47,693 nucleotides of DNA, taken from positions 1-47,693 of the forward strand of contig NGBS01001208.1 of assembly GCA_002245135.1 (NCBI GenBank), given 5' to 3'. Below, piece after piece: positions 12,901-21,900 of the stretch (position 1 is the first letter of the stretch; every line of letters starts with the position of its first letter). The position numbers and the translations under genes were made by a program. The notes beneath the pieces are model-generated. The model ran no database searches and was not told where the DNA came from. It saw only the letters and a program-made list of their open reading frames with translations. The stretch comes from Proteromonas lacertae. Its lineage: Eukaryota.

Positions 12901-15900
12901 ATGCAAAACATGTCCAAGTGGTTTTATATGCGATGATTCTGTTAATGGTACTTCAATTCCTGATATTTGTCCAAAAGGTCATTTCTGTAAAGAAGGAACT
13001 GATTCTAAATTCAAAGCTGTTTGTCCTATTGGTACATATAATCCATTAGAAGGTATAAAAGAAAGTAAAGACTGTCAATTATGTACTGCTGGCTATTATT
13101 GTCCAACAACAGGTGAAACTGAAGTGGATATTACTAAAACATGTAGTGCTCAATATTATTGTCTAAGTGGTTCAACAACAAGTGCACCAACTCAGTATAA
13201 ATGTCCAGCTGGTTCTTATTGTGAAGCTAATAGTGATAGACCAACATTTTGCCCAGTAAATACATTTTCAAGAAGTAAAGGTGGTAGTTCAATTAGTAGT
13301 TGTCAGAATTGTACAGATGGTTATATATGTAAGAAAACAGGTCAAACCAATGTTCAAACTCCATGTCCAGCTGGTTATTATTGTATTGCAGGTATTGCTT
13401 ATTCATGTTGGTCAGGTCATTATTGCCCTACTAAAGGTATTGGTGCTGGTACAATTACTCCAATTGAATGTTCTGCAGGTACTTATCAGCCACAAGATGG
13501 TCAAGTTAAATGTATAGATTGTCCATCAGGATATTATTGTAATACAACAATTAGTGGTGATTTAACTGATGATCAGTTATGTCCTGAAGGTTATTATTGT
13601 CCATCCAAAACATCAACTCCAATAGCTTGTCCAGTTGGTACTTACTCCAATAAGAAAGGATTATCAAGCTTATTACAATGTCAGAAATGTGATCCAGGTA
13701 AATACTGTATGAATACAGCACAGAAAGAACCAACAGGTAATTGTAGTGCAGGTTATTATTGTTCTATTGGATCAAAATCACCAGAACCAATCGGAGGAAC
13801 GTCTGGTAATATTTGTCCTGCTGGTTATTATTGTCCAATTGGTACATTTTCACCAATTCCATGTCCAAAAGGTACTTATGTGAAACAAAAAGGTTCTAAA
13901 GATGAAAGTTATTGTATAGATTGTCCAGCAAAGTATTATTGTCCAGATAGAGCAATGACATCATCAGGTAAGTTATGTACTGAAGGATATTACTGTAAAA
14001 AGAATACAATTGTTCCAGAATTACCATGTCCCCCAGGTAGTAAATGTCCAAGTGGTTCAGAATCACCACAACCATGTCCAGCTGGTACTTATCAGAATAA
14101 TTATTACAGTACAACTTGTTTTGATTGTCCAAAAGGATTTTATTGTCCAGTTAATACATCTGAACCAATATCATGTCCAGAAGGAAGTTATTGTGGTGTT
14201 AATACAAAGAGTGGAAATCAAACATTATGTCCAATTGGTACTTATAACAATCTCACAGGCTTAAGTAGTAAAGATCAATGTCAACCATGTCCACCAGGTC
14301 ATTATTGCAATGAAACAGGATTAATAGAACCAACAGGTTTATGTCAAGAAGGATTTTACTGTATATTATCAGTAAAAACAAGTTCGCCAAGAGATCATGT
14401 TAATTTGAATAGTTATACACCAGAAAAAGGAGGCGATAGATGTCCAAAAGGTTATTATTGTCCATTAGGTTCACATTTACCCAAACCTTGTCCTCCAGGT
14501 ACTTATTTAGATGATTATCAGAAATCAAGTATTAATGATTGTTTATTATGTGCAGAAGGTTATTATTGTCCAACTTATGGATTACAGGCAAGTAAAGATC
14601 AATGTCCAGCGAAATTCTATTGTCCTGAAGGTACAGTTACACCAAAATTGTTATGTACAAAAGGTCATTATTGTCCAGCAGGTAAATCAAAACCAATTAA
14701 TTGTACAGCTGGTACTTACCAAGATGAAATAGGAAGTACATCTTGTAAGAAATGTAAAGAAGGATTTTATTGTGGAGAAGCAACAGAAGAACCGATTCCA
14801 TGTGAAAAAGGCAAATATTGTCCAGAAGGATCAAGTAAAGGAATCGACTGTCCAATTCAAACTTACAGTAATAAGACTGGATTAGGAAGTGCATCAGATT
14901 GTACACCATGTGAACCAGGCTATTATTGTAATGAAACTGGTTTAATAACACCACAACATAAATGTGAAGCTGGTTATTATTGTATAGGTAGTTCAAGCCA
15001 AGCCAATCCAAGAGATTATATAACAAAAGGTTATATTGGATCACCTGTTATTGGAACACAATTGAAAGGTGGTGATCAATGTCCAACAGGTCATTATTGT
15101 GAAGTAGGAAGTCATACACCAATTCCTTGTCCAATTGGAACTTATTCATCAGTAGTTGCTGCTACTTCATTAAGTCAATGTTTAGATTGTACAAATTCAA
15201 CTTATTGTCCAAGATTAGGTATTGTTTATCCATCAGATAAATGTTTAGAAGGTTATTATTGTGAAGAAAAAACAAAATATCCAACAGAATTATGTTCAGT
15301 TGGTCATTATTGTCCATTAGGATCAGCCGAACCAATAGTTTGTCCAGGAGGTAATTATCAGAATAATAAAGGTTCATCCATTTGTGATTCTTGTCCAGCT
15401 GGTCATTATTGTGAATATAATAACAATACACCTCAGCCATGTCCAGCAGGATTCTATTGTCCAGTTGGTTTAGAAGATGGTAAAACACATAGTTGTCCAT
15501 CAGGTACATTTAGTAGTTTATCACATAGACAAGTTTCTAGTGATTGTAATATTTGTTTACCAGGTAAAGCATGTGTAGGTCATAATTTGACAAGCCCAGA
15601 TCAAACCTGTACAGCTGGTTATTATTGTAAAGCTGGTTCAACAACTCCAAATCCAATAAGTAGTGAATGTAGTTCAGGTTATTATTGTCCAAGTGGTACA
15701 TCAGCTGCTGTTCCTTGTCCAGAAGGAAAATACAATTCAGCAAAGAGAAAAACACAAGAAAGTGATTGTGTAGCTTGTGAAAAGAGTTATATTTGTGATA
15801 AGAAAGGTATTTCAAGACCATCTACAAGATGTCCAGCTGGTTTCTATTGTCCAGGAGGTGATATTTTAGGTAATATAACATGTACAGTTGGTCATTATTG

Positions 15901-18900
15901 TCCAGCTGGTTCAGAAGAACCTAGAAAATGTCCAGATGGTAAATATCAAAATGTAACAGGACAATCAAATTGTGAAACATGTCCAAGTGGTTATTACTGT
16001 GTAGAAGGATCAGAAAATCCAGAAATATGTCCAAAAGGATTCTATTGTCCTTCAGGAAGTGGTAGATCTTACAAACCATGTCCAATCGGTACAATCGGAA
16101 CAAGAGAAGGTTTAACTTCACAAACAGATTGTGATAATTGTCCATCCGGTTATTATTGTTTAGTAGAGAATAGTACAACTCCAACAGGAAAATGTCATGC
16201 TGGTTATTATTGTAAAGGAAAAGCTAAAACAGCAGAACCAAATGATGTTACAACTGGTAATATTTGTTCAGTTGGTAATTATTGTCCAGAAGGTTCTTCA
16301 AATCCAAAACCTTGTCCACCAGGTACTTATTCCAATAGACCACAATTAGAGAAAGCTGAAGACTGTTCAAATTGTGATCCACAGTATGAATGCCAATTAA
16401 GTGGTCAAACAAGATCAACTATTCAATGTCCAAAAGGTTATTATTGTCCAGGTAATGATACAGTTGCATCGTTATTATGTGAATTAGGTTCTTATTGTAA
16501 AGGAAATAATGAATATTCAACACCATGTGATAATGGAACATATCAAGATGAAAGAGGTCAATCATCCTGTAAGAATTGTCCAGCTGGTTATTACTGTTTA
16601 AAGAATACAATCAAACCAATATTATGTCCAGCAGGTTATTATTGTCCTGATAATACAAAGAATCCATATACATTCCCATGTTCGATAGGTAAATATTCAG
16701 ATATAGAAGGATTAAAATCAGAAGATCAATGTAAGAAGTGTTTACCAGGTTATGCATGTACAGTTAAAGGATTAAGTTATCCAAATGAATTATGTGGTGA
16801 AGGTCATTACTGTAGAGAAGGTGCTCAAATAACAACTCCAACAGATGGTGTAACAGGTGGTTATTGTTCAGCTGGTTTTGTATGTCATAGAGGTTCATCT
16901 GTTCCAAATCCATCAAACTCCAGTAGTTATGGTGAACCTTGTCCAAAAGGTCATTATTGTCCAGCAGGTTGTGGATCTTCAAGATTAGATAATGGAACTT
17001 GTCCATTTGCTTGTAAACCAGGTACATTTAATCCATTCGTACAACAATCACAATGTACTGCCTGTCCAATTGGTCATATTTGTGAAGGAGGTAATAACGA
17101 TCCAAAACCTTGTCCAGAAGGTAAATATTGTCCAGGTGGTGATGATGTTGGTGTAAATTGTCCAAATGGAACATACAATCCATTTGATTATTTACAGAAT
17201 GCACAACAATGTAAGTATTGTATTCCTGGTCATTATTGTAACAATGGTAATATAACAGATCAATGTGATGCTGGTTTTATATGTTATACACATTCATCAG
17301 AAAGTGAACCATACACTAATAAATCAGCTGAATTTGGATTATGTCCAATTGGTCATTATTGTATTAAAGGGACAGAATTACCAATTCCTTGTACAAATCA
17401 TACTGTATTACCATACGAAGGAGGTAAAAGTGAAGATGAATGTCAATTATGTCCAGTTGGTTTTGTATGTAAAGAAGGTAATCCAATCCCAGAACCATGT
17501 TATAGAGGTTATTATTGTGAAGGAGGAATAACAGATCCAGAACCTTGTCCTTTATACACTTATAATGATGAATTACAAGCTGAAAATATCTCATTTTGTA
17601 AGAAATGTAATAATGGAACATTTTGTAATGAAACTGGTATTGCTTATGATATAGATTTCCCATGTCCTGCTGGTTATTATTGCGAAGAAGGTGCTGATGA
17701 ATTAATACCATGTCCAGAAGGAACATACAGAGATGATGTAGGTGCAAAATCAGAAGATGATTGTTATATATGTCCAGAAGGTTATTATTGTCCAGAAGGA
17801 TCAGTATCTTACACTCCTTGTGATAAGAAAACATATTGTCCAAGTGGAAGTTCAGATATGACAGTTTGTGATGGTGGATATTATTGTCCACCAATCACAG
17901 GTGAAGAAATTGATTGTCCACCGAATTACTATTGTCCAAATGCAACAGATATTCCAATAGCTTGTGAAATAGGTACTTATTGTCCAAAGAATAGTATAGA
18001 ACCAATAGAATGTCCATATGGTACATTTGCTCCAGGATTTACACATCAATTGAGTTTAGCCACATTAGAAGATGCTTGTATAGAATGTCCACCAGGTAAA
18101 TACAGTAATGATTCAAGACATTTAGAGTGTTACAATTGTCCAGCTGGTTATATCTGTTATGGAGGAACTCCAGTTCCATATCCAGTAGATCCAATATTAG
18201 ATAAAGGTGAAATATGTCCAGAAGGTTATTACTGTCCAGAAGGTTCATCAGAAGCAATACCTTGTCCTCCAGGTACTTATAGTTCAGCTAAACAACAGAG
18301 TAGTTTTGAAACATGTTCAATGTGTCCGCCAGGTAAATATAATCCATATTATGGTCAAACTGATTGTTTGATTTGTTCAGCAAGTGCAACATCAGAATGG
18401 AATGCTACAGTTTGTACTTGTAGAGGAGATAGAAGAGCATTTCAAATTAGTGATGGAACTTGTATATGTGAATCAACATATGAATTCTATGAAGATTTCA
18501 AGAGAAAGATAGGAGATGGAACGAGAGATTGTCAGCCAATTGTCTATGATCGATGTAGTTCAGATGAAGTGAGAAGTGTATTAGGCGATTGTATAAAAGA
18601 AAGTGAATTATGTGAAAGAGAATGTCCAGGTGTAGGTGGTGTATATTCCAGTAGTGTTGGTGTTTGTGAATGTAATGTACATGATATATTAGATAATGTT
18701 TGTAATAAAACATGTAGAGATAATGCACCAGTACTTAGTTTAGCTCCAAATACAAAGAATATTAAACTATTAAGATATAATAATGAAGAAAATAATGAAA
18801 CAACAAGATTAATGAGTGAAGTTAATTCAAATATAGAGAATACTACCATTTATTATTCATTTAACTTTGGTAATAATACTAGTCATTATGGTAGAATATC

Positions 18901-21900
18901 GTGTGAACAATCATTAAGTCAATATGATGGAAGAGGATGTATATTCCGTTCAATTGTTACTGACAGTACTGGTTTTCACGCTTCTTATAAACTATCACCA
19001 ACAATCATTAATTACTTAAAAGAAGAGATGGAAAATGAGAATAAAACTAGATTATTAGATGAAATTACTGATATATTTGATCCTCCAAGTTCATTTGACT
19101 GGATTAATAACCCTGTAGTATGTTTAGAATATGGTGATGGTATTATCTTTGATATTTCAGGTGGTGTAAAGAATTTCCCATCTTATAAACAAGATTCTTT
19201 ATTGAATAGTAATTCACAATTTGATTATGGTGAATTTAGAAGAATAATATCAGATCAATCATTACATAATATCAAATTATTTACATTTATATTTATACAA
19301 CCTGGAGTTTATGTATTTGCACAAAATGGAAATGATACAAATCAAATGATTGTTTCAGTACAACCACAAGGTGCGACATGTCCAATTGAAGCAATACAGA
19401 CAAAAACAGTAACAAATTTAATTGCAACAAATACCAAACCAAATACAAACATCATTATTAGTCCTTATTGGCCTTATATTATAGCATTAGTTGTAGTGTT
19501 ATTGTTGGTTATTACAATTGGTGTTGGATGGGTTTATTCTTATAGAAAATACACTTGGGGCGAAAAAGCAGCAAGAAGAGCTAGATATAAGAAATCTAAC
19601 TTAGGATTAGATTTAGAATCAAAACATAACAAAGGTAGTATATTTAGAGTAAAAGATTATGGATTTGTAGATGGTAAAGACTTAGAATTAGGTATTGATG
19701 CTGCACATTTCATAGAAAATAAACCAAAAGAAGAAGAAGTAAAATTTGATGTAGATAAATGGGATATTCAAGATATGGATCCAGATTTATTATTACAAAG
19801 ATTAACCAATCATGATGATGCAATGAATATACAAATACAGAAAGAAGTAGATGAAACAAACAGATTGAAATCAATATTAGAAGTAGAGAAAGATCGATTG
19901 AATGAATTAATTAGAACTTTACAAATACAAATGCCAAATGGAAATAATCCAAATATGCCAATAACGCGAGAAGGAATGTTATTACAGAAAGTAACTGAAG
20001 AGATGGAAAAATGTAGAAATAATGTGAAGAAATTAGATGATAGATACAATCAACTACAAGAATTAATGAAGAAATTCAATAATTTAGCTAATAATAAAGA
20101 TGGTGAAAATGTAGATTCCACAGGATTAGCTGAAAATATCACTAATGAGTTGATACAATCTGTTAAGAATGGTGCACAAAAGCCAAAAGGAAAGAAATGG
20201 GAGGAATTAGGAAAGATATTAGGCCAAATGAATACAATAATAAGATCATGTCAAGTGGATATTGATAATGAAGATGAAAGAAGAAAAACAAGTGAAACTT
20301 TAATCCATTCAGCTTTAGCAACTGATATTCCTGATAGTTTAAAACAAGAAATAGAAAACATGAATAATAAATATGAAAGTATGAATAATTTAAATAACAA
20401 ATTATCGAATGAGATTAAACACTATGGTGAACTAGTGAGTAATACAATAAATGAGATGAATAATGTTCATGATGAAATCAAATCAAAATCTTTACAATTA
20501 AGACACAATCCTGAAACTGTAGTTACATCTTATAAACATGAATATAATGAGAAATTAATACATCATTTAGATCCATTGATGAAACAGACATTGGAATTAC
20601 AGAATGGACCATTATCAAAGATTCAAGATACATCTCATAGTCTAAGAAAAGAGACTAAAGATAAGAATAAGAAATTAGAATCAATGATATCCCATCAAAT
20701 CCAAGAAATGAATAAAGAGAATATAGAAAATGCAAAACATTATCAAGTGAAGGATTTGAAGAAGAAGAAAGAGAATGATAATAATAATGATAATAATGGA
20801 AATGGTGATAATAATAATGTTGAAGGAGAGAATAACAATGAAAACAATAACAATAATACAAATAACAACAATAATACTGGTGGAGTCAAGAGTATGAATA
20901 AATTAAGTCAACCAAAAATAGCAGAGAATCATGAAGAATTAGTAGAACAACATAAACAAGAGAAAGAACAACTACAAAAGAAGTTAGAAGATGAAGAAAA
21001 ACAGAATGTAGAATCATTAGAGAATAAACTGAAAGAAGCTGATAATAAGTTAGAAATGGATGAAGAGAATGATATAGAGAATATGAAACAGATGGTAAAT
21101 AATGAAATGGATGATGCAAATCTAACAGAAGAAGAAAAGAATCGTTTACTACAAGAATATCAAAATGATCAAGCAAGAATCAAAGAGAAATTAAATAAAG
21201 AAAAAGAAAGACAAGCTGAGATATTGAAAGCCAAATTAGATGCTAAAAAACAAAAGATAAAGAGTAAATTAGATCGTAAACATCAAGATGAAGTAGCTGA
21301 ACAATTGTTATTAGAAAAACAACAAAGAGAGCAAGAAATGTTAGAAATGAAGATGAAAGCTGAAGAAGAAAAGTTCAAATTAGAGCAAGAGAGATTGGAT
21401 CAAGAAGCTGTAGAAAGAGAAGCATTAGAAAAATTAAAAGCAGATGAAAAATATAAAGAGGAAGTAGAGAAATATGAAAAAGAATTAGAAGAAAAGATGA
21501 AGAAACTTCAAGAAGAACATGATAGAAAATTACAACAAACAAAAGAAATAGCTGAAAATCAATTGGTAGAAGAAGAAAATGAGTTGAATAAACAATTAGA
21601 GAATGAAAGAAATATAAAATTACAAGAATTAAAGGTAATTCAAGAAAAAGAATTGGAAGAATTTAAGAGAAGTAAAGATCCTACTGAAATAGAAATTGAA
21701 GAATTTAAAAAGAAACAAGAAGAAGAAAAAGAGAATGTAGAAATTGAATTAAGACAAGATGCTGAAAGAAAGAAAGGACAATTGCAAAAGAGAAAGTATA
21801 AAATGTTAATGGATTTAGATATGGATGATTCAAAGAATTATGAATTAGAATTAAAGATAATCAAAGAACAGCATGAAAAAGATAACAAATCAATTCAAGC